A stretch of DNA of 64,000 bases from an uncultured Acidobacteriota bacterium (GTDB lineage: Bacteria; Acidobacteriota; Terriglobia; Bryobacterales; Bryobacteraceae): the NCBI GenBank assembly GCA_963780655.1, contig CAWACP010000007.1, positions 247,270-311,269 of the forward strand, in the 5' to 3' direction. Under the pieces are notes generated by a model. That model was not told the origin of the DNA and searched no databases. It saw only the letters and a list, made by a program, of their open reading frames with translations. The position numbers were made by a program, and so were the translations under genes. Of this stretch, positions 17,958 through 28,184 are shown in pieces (the stretch's first letter is position 1; each line of letters opens with the position of its first letter).

Positions 17958-20771
17958 ATGCTCGACCGCATCACCGTGCACGGAGCACGGCAGCACAACC
18001 TGAAGAACATCGACGTGGAGATCCCGCGGAACACGTTCACCGTGGTCACGGGACTAAGCGGCTCCGGCAAATCCTCGCTCGCGTTCGACACCATCTACGC
18101 CGAGGGCCAGCGCCGCTATGTGGAGACGCTCTCGCCCTACGCGCGCCAGTTCCTCGATCAGATGGAGCGGCCCGAGGTGGATTCCATCGACGGCCTGAGC
18201 CCGGCAATTTCCATCGAGCAGAAGACCACCAATCGCAGCCCGCGCTCCACCGTCGGCACCATCACCGAAATCTACGACTATCTGCGCGTCCTCTATTCGT
18301 CCATCGGCGTGCCGCACTGCCCCAACTGCGGCATCGAGATCGCGAAGCAGTCCACCGAAGCCATTCTGCAGAACGTAATGGCTCTGCGCACCGACGAGCG
18401 AGTCATGATTCTTGCCCCGGTGGTGCGCGGGCGCAAAGGCGAGTACAAGAAGGAGCTGGAGAAGCTGGCGCGCCAGGGCTTCGTGCGCGCGCGCATCGAT
18501 GGCGAGCTGCGCTCCCTCGATGAAGAGATTCAGCTCGATCGCCGGCGCAACCACACCATCGAGGTTGTGGTCGATCGGTTGGTGATCCGGCCCGGCGTCG
18601 AGAAGCGGCTCGAAGCGTCCATCGGAACCGCCGGACGCCTCGCCAACGGCCTGGTGATCGTCTCCGTGATCAACGGCGACGAGCGCCTGTATTCGCAGAA
18701 GCTCTCGTGTCCCGAATGCGGCGCCAGCGTGCCGCAGCTCGAGCCACGATCGTTTTCCTTCAACAGCCCGTTCGGCGCGTGCGAGGAGTGCAGCGGTCTG
18801 GGAAGCAAGTGGGCGTTCGATCCGATGAAGATCCTGGTGGATCCATCGAAGCCTCTGCTCGAAGGCGCGCTCGGGCCTGGCGCCGGCTCCAGCTTCGTCA
18901 CCAGCCAGATTGCCGACGCGGCAGCGCGGCTGCGGATCAGTCTGAAGAAGCCGTTCTCCGATCTGCCGCAGAAATCGCAGGATTTGCTGCTGGACGGCGG
19001 CAGCGGTTTTCCCGGCATTCTGAAGATCCTGGATGAAACCTACACGGACACACCCAGCCCCGCCTACCGGGACTGGCTGACTGATTACATGTCGCCCTCG
19101 ACCTGCCCGGCGTGTCACGGCCGCAGACTGAAGCCGAGCAGCCTGGCGGTGAAGGTCAAAGGGCTCAGCATTGCCGACGTAACAGAGATGGCGATTTCGC
19201 GCGCGCTCGATACCGTACGCGCGTGGACGTTGAACGAGCGGGAGCGGCAGGTGGCCGGCCGCGTGGTGGAGGAGATCCGCAATCGCCTCGAGTTCCTGTG
19301 CGCTGTCGGGCTGAATTATCTGAACCTGGCCCGGTCCGCGGCCACGCTCTCGGGCGGCGAAGCGCAGCGAATCCGGCTGGCCACGCAGATCGGCTCGAAG
19401 CTGCGCGGCGTGCTGTACGTGCTCGATGAGCCCTCTATCGGCCTGCACCCGCGCGATAACGACCGCCTTCTGGACACGCTCGGCCGGCTGCGCGATCTGG
19501 GCAACACCGTGCTGGTTGTGGAGCACGACCAGGAGACCATCCAGCGCGCCGATCATGTGGTGGATCTCGGACCGGGGGCAGGACGCCTTGGCGGCCAACT
19601 GGTGGCCAGCGGCACGCCTCGCGAAATTGAAGCGAACCCCGATTCGCTCACGGGCCGTTACCTTGCTGGCGAGTGCCGCATCGAAATTCCGGAGGTGCGC
19701 CGTTCCGGCAACGGCCTGCATCTGGTGGTGAGCGGCGCGCGCGAGCACAACCTGAAGAACGTCACGGCGGAGTTCCCGCTGGGCATGTTCATCGTGGTGA
19801 CGGGCGTATCGGGCAGCGGCAAGTCGACGCTGGTAAACGATATTCTGTACCGCGGTCTGGCGCGCGAGATCTACGGGTCGCACGGCGAGCCGGGCGCGCA
19901 CGACGACATCGTGGGCAAGGAGCATATCGACAAAGTCATCGAGATCGACCAGTCGCCCATCGGTCGCACGCCTCGCTCAAACCCGGCCACCTACACTGGC
20001 GTGTTCACGCCCATCCGCGACCTGTATGCCATGCTGCCCCAATCGCGCGAGCGCGGCTACAAGCCCGGCCGGTTCAGTTTCAACGTGAAGGGCGGGCGGT
20101 GCGAAGCCTGCCAGGGCGACGGGATGAAGCGCATCGAAATGAACTTCCTCCCGGACGTCTACGTCACCTGCGATGTGTGCAAAGGCCGCCGCTACAATCG
20201 CGAAACGCTGGAAGTGAAGTACAAGGGCTACTCCATTTCCGATCTGCTGAACGCCACCGTGGAAGAGGCGCTGCCGCTGCTCGAAAATATGCCGGCCATC
20301 AAGGCGAAGCTGCAGACGCTCTGCGAAGTGGGCCTCGGCTACATCCATCTGGGCCAGTCGTCCACCACGCTGTCGGGCGGAGAAGCGCAGCGTATCAAGC
20401 TGGCGCGCGAGCTGAGCCGCAGGCAGACGGGCCGAACGTTCTATATTCTGGACGAGCCCACCACCGGGCTGCACTTCGAGGACGTGAAGCATTTGCTGAA
20501 CGTACTGCAACGGCTGGTGGATCTGGGTAATACTGTGCTCGTGATCGAACATCACCTTGACGTGATCAAATCGGCTGACTGGATCATCGACCTTGGTCCC
20601 GAGGGCGGCGAGCAGGGAGGGCGTATCGTGGCCGCGGGTACGCCGGAAGAGATCGCCGCGAACCGCAGCAGCTACACCGGCGCCGCGCTGAAGAGAGTGC
20701 TCCAAAGAACCTTGCAGGCGAAAACGCCTGCTCCACAAAGGGCAGTAGAGCAGGCCTTCGGCCTGCAATAA
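17958..20771 (+). CDS. uvrA: excinuclease ABC subunit A
   Basis: 937 aa. Two ABC modules ([27 protein letters not shown], two LSGGEAQR signatures) and Zn modules (CPNCG, CPECG...[20 protein letters not shown]...CDVCKG). Confidence 0.95.
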   Translation: MLDRITVHGARQHNLKNIDVEIPRNTFTVVTGLSGSGKSSLAFDTIYAEGQRRYVETLSPYARQFLDQMERPEVDSIDGLSPAISIEQKTTNRSPRSTVGTITEIYDYLRVLYSSIGVPHCPNCGIEIAKQSTEAILQNVMALRTDERVMILAPVVRGRKGEYKKELEKLARQGFVRARIDGELRSLDEEIQLDRRRNHTIEVVVDRLVIRPGVEKRLEASIGTAGRLANGLVIVSVINGDERLYSQKLSCPECGASVPQLEPRSFSFNSPFGACEECSGLGSKWAFDPMKILVDPSKPLLEGALGPGAGSSFVTSQIADAAARLRISLKKPFSDLPQKSQDLLLDGGSGFPGILKILDETYTDTPSPAYRDWLTDYMSPSTCPACHGRRLKPSSLAVKVKGLSIADVTEMAISRALDTVRAWTLNERERQVAGRVVEEIRNRLEFLCAVGLNYLNLARSAATLSGGEAQRIRLATQIGSKLRGVLYVLDEPSIGLHPRDNDRLLDTLGRLRDLGNTVLVVEHDQETIQRADHVVDLGPGAGRLGGQLVASGTPREIEANPDSLTGRYLAGECRIEIPEVRRSGNGLHLVVSGAREHNLKNVTAEFPLGMFIVVTGVSGSGKSTLVNDILYRGLAREIYGSHGEPGAHDDIVGKEHIDKVIEIDQSPIGRTPRSNPATYTGVFTPIRDLYAMLPQSRERGYKPGRFSFNVKGGRCEACQGDGMKRIEMNFLPDVYVTCDVCKGRRYNRETLEVKYKGYSISDLLNATVEEALPLLENMPAIKAKLQTLCEVGLGYIHLGQSSTTLSGGEAQRIKLARELSRRQTGRTFYILDEPTTGLHFEDVKHLLNVLQRLVDLGNTVLVIEHHLDVIKSADWIIDLGPEGGEQGGRIVAAGTPEEIAANRSSYTGAALKRVLQRTLQAKTPAPQRAVEQAFGLQ
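20713..20767. repeat. REPIN (inverted pair of GTAG-type REP hairpins) overlapping the uvrA 3' end
   Basis: tgcaggcgaaaacgcctgctccacaa-aggg-cagtagagcaggccttcggcctgca. The same doublet occurs at 24168, 49411 and 56948. Confidence 0.85.
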
Positions 20772-20774
20772 CCA

Positions 20775-21734
20775 ATGAGCAGATACAAAACTCAGCCGCT
20801 GGAATTCACCGGCCTGCGCACGGTGCCGCTCGCGGCGCGCGGCGGGAAGGTGCGAGCCGAGGATTTCGCGAAGCCATACCGGAAAGGCGCCGGAGTCGCT
20901 TCACTGCTCGATTCGTTGCCACACATTCTCGCGGCCGACTCGTTCCGGCATGTCGTCGAAGCCATCGAGCTGGCGAAGGCGCAGAAGAAGCCGGTGATCT
21001 GGGGTCTGGGCGGACACGTCATCAAGACCGGACTCGCCCCCGTGCTCATCGACCTGATGAAGCGCCGCTTCGCCACGGCATTCGCGCTGAACGGCGCCGC
21101 CGCCATCCACGATTTCGAGATCGCGCTCTGCGGGCACACCAGCGAAGATGTCGAAACGGTGCTGCCCGATGGCCGCTTCGGCTCGGCGGAGGAAACCGGA
21201 CGCTACATGAACGAATCCATCAGTGCGGCCGCCGATGACGATATGGGCATCGGCGAAGCGCTGGGCCGGACGTTGGAACAGAAAGCGGACCGCGCGTTCG
21301 CGGCCAGGAGTCTTCTGCATGAGGCCTGGAAGAAATCCGTGCCGGTCACGGTCCATGTAGCCATCGGCACGGACACGCCGCACACGTTCCCCGGCTGCAA
21401 CGGAGCGGAGCTCGGCCGCGGCGCTCACCGCGACTTCCGCCTGCTATGCGCGCTGGTGAAGGAGCTGAACGACGGCGGCGTGTACATCAACGTCGGGTCG
21501 GCCGTTGTGCTGCCCGAGGTGTTCCTGAAGGCGGTTTCGGTGGTGCGAAACCTGGGACACCCGCTGCGCGAATTCGTCACCGTCAACTTCGATTTTCTCC
21601 AGCACTACCGGCCAAAGATGAACGTAGTGGACCGGCCACACGCTAAATCCGGCGGTCGCGGCTACAGCATTACGGGGCACCACGAGCTCATGATCCCGCT
21701 GCTTGCCGCCGCGCTCATCGAGGGCGCCGCATGA
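20775..21734 (+). CDS. hypothetical protein, tentatively deoxyhypusine-synthase-like fold
   Basis: 319 aa. The segment GLGGHVIKTGLAPVLIDLMKRRFATAFALNGAAAIHDFEIAL resembles the DHS NAD-binding core by eye only. Lies 3 nt after the uvrA stop. Confidence 0.35.
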   Translation: MSRYKTQPLEFTGLRTVPLAARGGKVRAEDFAKPYRKGAGVASLLDSLPHILAADSFRHVVEAIELAKAQKKPVIWGLGGHVIKTGLAPVLIDLMKRRFATAFALNGAAAIHDFEIALCGHTSEDVETVLPDGRFGSAEETGRYMNESISAAADDDMGIGEALGRTLEQKADRAFAARSLLHEAWKKSVPVTVHVAIGTDTPHTFPGCNGAELGRGAHRDFRLLCALVKELNDGGVYINVGSAVVLPEVFLKAVSVVRNLGHPLREFVTVNFDFLQHYRPKMNVVDRPHAKSGGRGYSITGHHELMIPLLAAALIEGAA

Positions 21735-22444
21735 CGGCACACGAGGAGACCCGCGCCGAGGCTCTTTCGGATAACGTCTTCTGGTCGTATCACGACCTCG
21801 CCTTCTTCATTTCGGTCACGTTTCTCAGCGTCATTGCGTCCACCGTGGTTGTAGCGATCCTGCGTCCGCGCAATCGCGTGATCACTGTTTTGTTGCTCCA
21901 GATCATCGTCTACGCGCTCATCGCCGCTTCGTTGTTCGTGCTGCTGCGGCTCCGTTATGGGCGTCCGTTCTGGCAGGCGTTGGGTTTCCGCTATCCGCGA
22001 TACGCCGCGTGGATCTGCGCGTTCCTCGGTCCGGCGCTGGCCATCGCGATTGGCGTGCTTGGTCTGCTGCTGCATGCGCGCGAAATCGAACTGCCGTTCC
22101 AGGACCTCTTACAGACGCGCTCGGCGGTGATTCTGCTCGGTATCCTGGTGGTGGTTCTGGGGCCTTTCTGCGAAGAACTGGTATTCCGCGGGTTTCTCAT
22201 GCCTCTGTTTGCGCGCTCGCTCGGCGCCGCGGGCGGCATCGTACTGGCCGGCGTGCTGTTCGGCTGCATGCACGGTCCGGAATACAGCTGGTCGTGGCAG
22301 CACGTCGTGCTCATCTCGTTTGCAGGCATCGTGTTTGGGTATGCCCGATACGCGGCGCGCTCCACACTGGCCGCGGTCATGATGCACGCCACCTTCAACC
22401 TGACCCAGTTTGCGGCCTTCGTTTTTGCGGAACACGCCAAATGA
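21731..22444 (+). CDS. CPBP family intramembrane glutamic endopeptidase (CAAX protease/Abi family)
   Basis: 237 aa, polytopic. EELVFRGFL motif, FGCMHG, HATFN. ATGA overlap with the upstream gene. Confidence 0.8.
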   Translation: MTAHEETRAEALSDNVFWSYHDLAFFISVTFLSVIASTVVVAILRPRNRVITVLLLQIIVYALIAASLFVLLRLRYGRPFWQALGFRYPRYAAWICAFLGPALAIAIGVLGLLLHAREIELPFQDLLQTRSAVILLGILVVVLGPFCEELVFRGFLMPLFARSLGAAGGIVLAGVLFGCMHGPEYSWSWQHVVLISFAGIVFGYARYAARSTLAAVMMHATFNLTQFAAFVFAEHAK

Positions 22445-23487
22445 TTGAAACTATCCAGTGGACCGCGGACGGCGTGGTCATGATCGACCAGACCAAACTG
22501 CCGCGGGAAGAAGTCTACGTCACCTGCCGCGGCTATGAAGACGTGGCGGAAGCCATTCGTTCCATGGTGATCCGCGGGGCGCCGGCCATCGGTGTGGCGG
22601 CGGCCATGGGCGTAGCGCTGGGCGTCGTGCATGCGTCGCCGGAACACCTCGATGAGCAGTTCGCGTATATCTGCGACACGCTGGCGGCCACCCGGCCAAC
22701 TGCCGTGAACCTGTTCTGGGCCATCGACCGCATGAAGCGCTTGTACGCCGGCCTGCGCACCCAGCCGCTTGCGGCGATCCGCGAGCGCCTGGCTCGGGAA
22801 GCGCAGCAGATCCGCGTCGAGGACATCGCCATCAACGAGGCGATCGGCAGGAACGGCGCCGTGCTCGTCCCCGACGGCAAGACGGTGCTCACCCACTGCA
22901 ACGCGGGCGCGCTTGCAACGGCCGGTTACGGCACCGCCCTGGGGGTAATTCGAGCGGCGGTGTCAGCCGGCAAGCATATCGACGTGTTCGCCGACGAGAC
23001 TCGTCCATTTCTGCAGGGCGCGAGGCTCACGGTGTGGGAGTTGCAGCACGACGCGATCCCCGCCACGCTGATCACCGATAACATGGCCGGCCATTTCCTG
23101 AAGTCCGGCCGGATCGGCTGCGTTATAGTGGGCGCCGACCGGATTGCCGCGAACGGCGATGTCGCGAACAAGATCGGTACCTACTCTGTCGCTGTGCTGG
23201 CGAAGGAGAATAACGTGCCCTTCTACGTTGCCGCGCCGCTCTCGACACTCGATCTAACGCTTGCATCGGGCGACCAGATCCCCATCGAGCAGCGCGCCGC
23301 CGCGGAAGTGACTCACGTCTTTGGGGTTGCTATCGCCCCCGAGCATATTCCGGTGGAGAACCCGGCCTTCGACGTGACTCCCAACCGCTATGTCAGCGCG
23401 ATCGTCACCGAGCGCGGCATCGCGCGCGCGCCCTACGAGACCAGCCTCTGTAACCTTATGGCAGGTGAGCGTCGTACTATCGATTGA
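22441..23487 (+). CDS. mtnA: S-methyl-5-thioribose-1-phosphate isomerase
   Basis: ATG 22441 ([27 protein letters not shown]...). [39 protein letters not shown]. 348 aa. Confidence 0.9.
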   Translation: MIETIQWTADGVVMIDQTKLPREEVYVTCRGYEDVAEAIRSMVIRGAPAIGVAAAMGVALGVVHASPEHLDEQFAYICDTLAATRPTAVNLFWAIDRMKRLYAGLRTQPLAAIRERLAREAQQIRVEDIAINEAIGRNGAVLVPDGKTVLTHCNAGALATAGYGTALGVIRAAVSAGKHIDVFADETRPFLQGARLTVWELQHDAIPATLITDNMAGHFLKSGRIGCVIVGADRIAANGDVANKIGTYSVAVLAKENNVPFYVAAPLSTLDLTLASGDQIPIEQRAAAEVTHVFGVAIAPEHIPVENPAFDVTPNRYVSAIVTERGIARAPYETSLCNLMAGERRTID

Positions 23488-24149
23488 CTCCCATGCGCGC
23501 TGCCGGGCGGTTCGCGACCATCCTCACGCTGGAAGCGGTCTGCCTGGTGGCCGGCGATAACGACTGGTTGATTGTCCCCGGCAAACGCCTCGGGCCGATC
23601 ACTGCAACCAGCACCCGCGCCGACCTGATCCGCATGTTCGGCGCGAAGAATGTGGTGGAAGCTGATGTCACAGTGGGCGAAGACGAGCCCGAGCCTGGCA
23701 CCATTCTGTTTGCAGACGAACCCGACAAGAAGCTGGCCATCGTCTGGACCGACGACGGTCATGTGAACTCGGTGGCCATTTGCCAGGATGAGAAGGCGAA
23801 TTGCCGCTGGCATACGGCCGACGGGATCAGTCTGGGGACTTCGCTGAAGATGCTGGAGCGGCTGAACGGGCGCTCGTTCCAGTTTTACGGCTTCGGCTGG
23901 GACTACGGGGGCGCCGTGGTTTCATGGGAGGACGGAAGGCTGGAGCGCCTGCAGTCGGGTATGTGCGGCGCTCTGGACCTGACTCTGGACGTTAACGGGT
24001 CCATGCCGCCGGAGAGGCGGAAGATCTATGACCAACTGCAGGGGGAGGTGGAGTTTTCGTCCTCGGACTCGGCCGCGCAGACGCTCGCTCCAGCGGTCGT
24101 ATCGATGACTCTCGCATTCGGCCAGGGCCCCGACTGCGACAAACGGTAG
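23484..24149 (+). CDS. hypothetical protein (probable signal peptide)
   Basis: 221 aa. TTG start overlaps the mtnA stop; alternative ATG at 23493. No recognisable domain. GC3-rich coding pattern. Confidence 0.5.
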   Translation: MTPMRAAGRFATILTLEAVCLVAGDNDWLIVPGKRLGPITATSTRADLIRMFGAKNVVEADVTVGEDEPEPGTILFADEPDKKLAIVWTDDGHVNSVAICQDEKANCRWHTADGISLGTSLKMLERLNGRSFQFYGFGWDYGGAVVSWEDGRLERLQSGMCGALDLTLDVNGSMPPERRKIYDQLQGEVEFSSSDSAAQTLAPAVVSMTLAFGQGPDCDKR

Positions 24150-24167
24150 CGCACCGAAGCGTGCCGA

Positions 24168-24222
24168 TGCAGGCTAAAAGCCTACTCTACAATCCGGTCT
24201 CAGTAGAGTGGCTTCAGCCTGC
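24168..24222. repeat. REPIN between convergent genes
   Basis: tgcaggctaaaagcctactctacaa ... cagtagagtggcttcagcctgc. Fills the gap between the stops at 24149 and 24225. Confidence 0.8.
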
Positions 24223-24224
24223 GC

Positions 24225-24521
24225 TCAGTTCTCCCGCACGATGCTGGCCACGCGCGGCACGCAACCTATCTCGAAGAACTCGTGCGCACTGTCGCGAACC
24301 GATACCGCAATCTCCTCGAGCAGAGAAAGATAGAGCATGCGGTCTTCGAAAGTGGCTTCAGAGTCGCGCATCATGCCGGTGACGCGGCGCATCAGAGCCA
24401 GCCGTTTGTCGAAAGTCTCCGCGATGCCCTCGATGTTCTCGTTCAGGAACTCGATGGCCGCGTTCTCCGCCTGCTGGAGTTCCCGCGGGGACCATGAACC
24501 GAAATCTGGTAGTTCGGGCAT
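24225..24521 (-). CDS. hypothetical small helical protein
   Basis: 98 aa. ATG start, strong GC3 bias, no recognisable domain. Confidence 0.5.
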   Translation of the reverse strand: MPELPDFGSWSPRELQQAENAAIEFLNENIEGIAETFDKRLALMRRVTGMMRDSEATFEDRMLYLSLLEEIAVSVRDSAHEFFEIGCVPRVASIVREN

Positions 24522-24675
24522 GAAAGTTGATCGGCGGTTTGCGCCGATTCCTGATATTCAGTCTTCGCGATCGTAACATCGTCTCACAAATCCACAACGG
24601 CCCCCGCGTCTTTTTTCGGGCGTATTCCTCGGTTTTACAGGAACTTACAACTTACAATGGAAGGAGAGAGCACTT

Positions 24676-26625
24676 GTGTGGCAGCCCTCCACGGGCCGCC
24701 GCTGCGCCATTCGAACCATGATTCAGCTTGCTTCTGCCGGGAAACGTTTTGGCCCTAAACTGTTGTTCGAGAACCTCAACTGGCTGGTCACCACCAGGGA
24801 ACGGGCGGGCCTCGTGGGCGCCAACGGCACCGGAAAATCGACGCTTCTCAAAATGCTCGCCGGCTTCGAAGAGCCGGATTACGGCAGCATCAACCGGATG
24901 AAAGGCATCACCGCCGGCTACCTGCCTCAGGAAGGCCTGACCCTGTCCGGGCGCACGGTATTCGCCGAGTGCATGACCGTGTTCGCCGCCCTGCGCGAGG
25001 TGGAGGAGGAGATGGAGACGCTCACCCGGAAGATGGGCGAGCTGGACCCGGCCTCCGACGATTATCGAGCCGTCTCAGACCGGTACCACACGCTCGAGAA
25101 CGAGTTCGCCGCCCAGGACGGCTACACCGTGGAGGCGCAGGTGGGGACCGTGCTGGCCGGTCTCGGATTCCCCCGGGAAGACTGGGCGCGCCGCACCGAG
25201 GAGTTCTCCGGCGGCTGGCAGATGCGCATCGCGCTGGCGAAGCTGCTCCTCCAGAAGCCGGACCTGTTGCTGCTCGACGAGCCCACCAACCATCTCGATC
25301 TGGAAGCGCGCAACTGGCTGGAAGGCTATCTCACGTCCTATCCCAACGCCTTCGTCCTGATCTCGCACGACCGGTACTTTCTGGATGTGACCGTAAACCG
25401 CATCGTGGAGATCTGGAATAAGGCGGCGCACTTCTATCCCGGTAATTATGAGCAGTATCTGAAGCTGCGGGAGGAGCGGCGGGCACAGTTGGAGGCGTCC
25501 TACCGCAACCAGCAGGAACGCATCCAGCAGCTCGACGCGTTCATCAGCCGCTTCCGCTATCAGGCATCGAAGGCGAAGCAGGTGCAGAGCCGGATCAAGG
25601 AGCTGGACAAGATAGAGCGCATCGAGATTCCACCCGACGAGAAGACCATCCACTTCTCATTCCCGCAGCCGAAGCCGAGCGGGCGCATTGTCGCGGAGTT
25701 TCAGAACGTCGCGAAGAGCTACGGCGAGAAGTTCGTGTTCGGCGGCGTCGATTTCATCATCGAGCGCGGGGACCGCATCGCGCTGGTGGGCGTGAACGGC
25801 GCAGGGAAATCCACTCTCATCAAGCTGCTGGTTGGCGCGGAGCCTCTGACCTCCGGCACATACCGGCTGGGGCACAACGCCGAGCCGGATTACTTCGCGC
25901 AGGACCAATACAAGGAGCTGGACCCCGATGCGCGCCTGCTTGACGACATCGCGTCGGTGAACGGGCGCAGCACGCAGACCGAACTGCGCAGCCTGCTGGG
26001 CTGTTTCCTGTTCAGCGAGGACGACGTATTCAAGCGCATCGGCGTGCTCTCGGGCGGCGAGCGAAACCGCTATGCGCTGGCCCGAATGCTGCTGCGGCCA
26101 TCGAACTTCCTGCTGCTGGACGAGCCCACGAATCACCTGGACATGCGCGCCAAGGACGTGCTGCTGGACGCGCTGGCGGAGTTCACCGGCACGGTGGTGT
26201 TCGTTTCCCACGACCGGTATTTCATCGACAAGCTGGCCACGCGCGTGTTCGAGGTGGGTGATGGCGTGGTCCGCGTGTATCCGGGCAACTACGAGGACTA
26301 CTTGTGGCGCAAGGAGGGCGGAGGCCCGGCGGCGCTCGAATCGGCGCTGGCAACGCATCCGAACGGCGCGCGCGAGAGCGGCGCGAAGAGTAAGCGTCTG
26401 AATCCGATGAAGCTTCAGCAGATGCAGAATCGCGCCGGCGAGCTCGAGCAGAAGGCGGCGCGGCTGGAAGCGGAGATTGCCGGGTTTGAGGACGAGCTGA
26501 GCCGGTTCGTGAGCGTGGAGGAGTCGCAGCGCGTCTCGAAGCTGCTGGAAGAGCGCCGCGCGGAGCTGACCGCGTTGACGGCCGAGTGGGAAACGGTGAC
26601 CGAGGCGCTGGAAGCGGCGGGGTAA
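24676..26625 (+). CDS. ABC-F family ATPase (two ABC domains, no TM domain)
   Basis: GANGTGKST and GVNGAGKST Walker A motifs. LSGGWQMR and LSGGERNR signatures. Charged C-terminal coiled-coil. SD ggaaggagag lies 7 nt before GTG 24676; alternative ATG at 24718 (MIQLASAGKRFG). Confidence 0.9.
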   Translation: MWQPSTGRRCAIRTMIQLASAGKRFGPKLLFENLNWLVTTRERAGLVGANGTGKSTLLKMLAGFEEPDYGSINRMKGITAGYLPQEGLTLSGRTVFAECMTVFAALREVEEEMETLTRKMGELDPASDDYRAVSDRYHTLENEFAAQDGYTVEAQVGTVLAGLGFPREDWARRTEEFSGGWQMRIALAKLLLQKPDLLLLDEPTNHLDLEARNWLEGYLTSYPNAFVLISHDRYFLDVTVNRIVEIWNKAAHFYPGNYEQYLKLREERRAQLEASYRNQQERIQQLDAFISRFRYQASKAKQVQSRIKELDKIERIEIPPDEKTIHFSFPQPKPSGRIVAEFQNVAKSYGEKFVFGGVDFIIERGDRIALVGVNGAGKSTLIKLLVGAEPLTSGTYRLGHNAEPDYFAQDQYKELDPDARLLDDIASVNGRSTQTELRSLLGCFLFSEDDVFKRIGVLSGGERNRYALARMLLRPSNFLLLDEPTNHLDMRAKDVLLDALAEFTGTVVFVSHDRYFIDKLATRVFEVGDGVVRVYPGNYEDYLWRKEGGGPAALESALATHPNGARESGAKSKRLNPMKLQQMQNRAGELEQKAARLEAEIAGFEDELSRFVSVEESQRVSKLLEERRAELTALTAEWETVTEALEAAG

Positions 26626-26989
26626 CGTGCAGGCTGAAAGCCCAATGCAGAGGGTTTTTAGCTTAGCGTTGCGGCGGGAAAGAGCTGGGGGTGGGCGAAG
26701 AAGTTGAGCGCCGCAACGGTGAGCTAAAAACCGATTGAACTGAACCGCCGGGCAGTGCCGGGAGCTATGGGGTTGGAATGCGCGGGGCGCCTCTTGCGTG
26801 AGTGTGGAAGCAGGACAGTCGCGGTGATCGGGCATTCGGGTCGGGGACGAGCGGGCGGTCGATGGGTCCCAAAACTGCCGCTGGGTCGGAGAATGTTCGC
26901 GGGATTGGTGAACGCAGGCGCGGCAGAGACACTGCGGCGCGGGCCCGGGGGGGATGAAGGGGCCGAGTTTGCGCCGATGAGCACTGGTT

Positions 26990-28177
26990 TCATGAGGTGT
27001 CCGCAGCTGCGGGTTGTTTTCCCATAGCGGAGAGGATCTCGATCACCCGCATGGCGCCGGAGCGGCAGATGGGGCACTGGCGCAGGGAAACGCCGGTGAG
27101 TTGCTCGCAGCGGTCCCGGTAATCGGGAGCAACCTGCGCCGGCCTGGGCGCCGGGGGCATGTTCAGCAGACGACGGCACAAAGCGAGTTTTTCTTCGCGG
27201 TGGCGGTTGCCGAGGAAACCGTAGTAGCGGATGCGCTGGAAACGATTCGGCAGGACGTGGAGCAGAAAGCGGCGGATGAACTCGGCGGCGGCGAGCGAGA
27301 GGGTTTTCTGCTGACCGTCGCGGTAGTCTTTCCAGAGAAAGCTTACCCGGCCGTTTTCCATGTCGCGCAGGCGGTGGTTGGCGATGGCCACGCGATGGGT
27401 GTAGCGTCCCACATAATCGAGCACTTGCTGCGGTCCGGCAAAGGGCGGTTTGGCATAGACCACCCATTCGGTCTGGCGTGTGCGGGCCAGACAGCGCAGG
27501 AAGTCGGTGCGGTTGCGGAGCGCTTGGAGACCGGAGAAGAAACTCAGCGTGCCGGCGGCGAAAGCTTTTTCGAGGGCCTCGAGAAAGCGGCGGCGAAACA
27601 GGCGGCTGAGCACGCGGACGGGAAGGAAGAAGCGGGGGCGGCAGGAGATCCAGCGCTGGCCATCGGGGGAGAGTCCGCCGCCCGGCACGAGGCAGTGCAG
27701 ATGAGGGTGATGGAGCAGATTCTGACCCCAGGTGTGTAACACGCAGAAGAAGCCGATCTCGGCTCCGCGGTGTTGGGGATCGGCGGCGATGGTGCGCAGG
27801 GTTTCGGCGGCGGCGCGAAAGAGAATGCCGTACACCGCTTCCTTGTTCTGGAAGGCGATTTCGGCGAGCGGTTCGGGCACGGTGAACACGACATGGAAGC
27901 AGGGGCAGTCGAGGAGTTCGGCCTGCCGTTTTTCGATCCACTCGGCGCGTTCCAGCGACTGGCATTTGGGGCAGTGGCGGTTGCGGCAGGAGTTGTAGGA
28001 TACACGCTGGTGGCCGCATTGGTCGCACTGCTCGCGATGTCCGCCCAGCGCCGCGGTACGGCACACTTCGATGGCGGTCATGACGCGCCGTTGCGCGGTC
28101 GACAACGAGGCGCTCTGACGATAGGTTTCTCCGTAGCGGCGGAAAATGTCCGCCACTTCCAGCGGGGGGCGGGGCAC
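26990..28177 (-). CDS. IS91 family transposase (HUH Y2 rolling-circle type)
   Basis: 395 aa. N-terminal Zn-binding region (CDQCGH...CRNRHCPKCQ). HTWGQNLLHHPHLHCLVPGGG (HUH region). YVGRYTHRVAIANHRL (Y2 motif region). Confidence 0.9.
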   Translation of the reverse strand: MPRPPLEVADIFRRYGETYRQSASLSTAQRRVMTAIEVCRTAALGGHREQCDQCGHQRVSYNSCRNRHCPKCQSLERAEWIEKRQAELLDCPCFHVVFTVPEPLAEIAFQNKEAVYGILFRAAAETLRTIAADPQHRGAEIGFFCVLHTWGQNLLHHPHLHCLVPGGGLSPDGQRWISCRPRFFLPVRVLSRLFRRRFLEALEKAFAAGTLSFFSGLQALRNRTDFLRCLARTRQTEWVVYAKPPFAGPQQVLDYVGRYTHRVAIANHRLRDMENGRVSFLWKDYRDGQQKTLSLAAAEFIRRFLLHVLPNRFQRIRYYGFLGNRHREEKLALCRRLLNMPPAPRPAQVAPDYRDRCEQLTGVSLRQCPICRSGAMRVIEILSAMGKQPAAADTS

Positions 28178-28184
28178 GGATACT

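Noticed and set aside
18054-19925. 623-aa ORF antisense to uvrA (and similar ones at 19977-20768, 49996-51081 and 51202-52002 opposite the uvrA genes)
   Set aside because: Antisense shadow ORFs of high-GC genes with no motifs. The sense-strand UvrA proteins are complete.
24522-24675. Leader peptide or attenuator upstream of the ABC-F gene
   Set aside because: I looked for a short uORF plus alternative hairpins, as in ARE ABC-F regulation. I found only a tandem acttacaa duplication and an SD, and no convincing terminator/antiterminator pair.
25657-26835. 392-aa ORF antisense to the ABC-F gene
   Set aside because: Shadow ORF. The ABC-F motifs are on the plus strand.
26724-28064. 446-aa ORF in an alternative frame of the IS91 transposase region
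   Set aside because: Pro/Arg-rich nonsense-like translation. The overlapping frame encodes a complete IS91 transposase.
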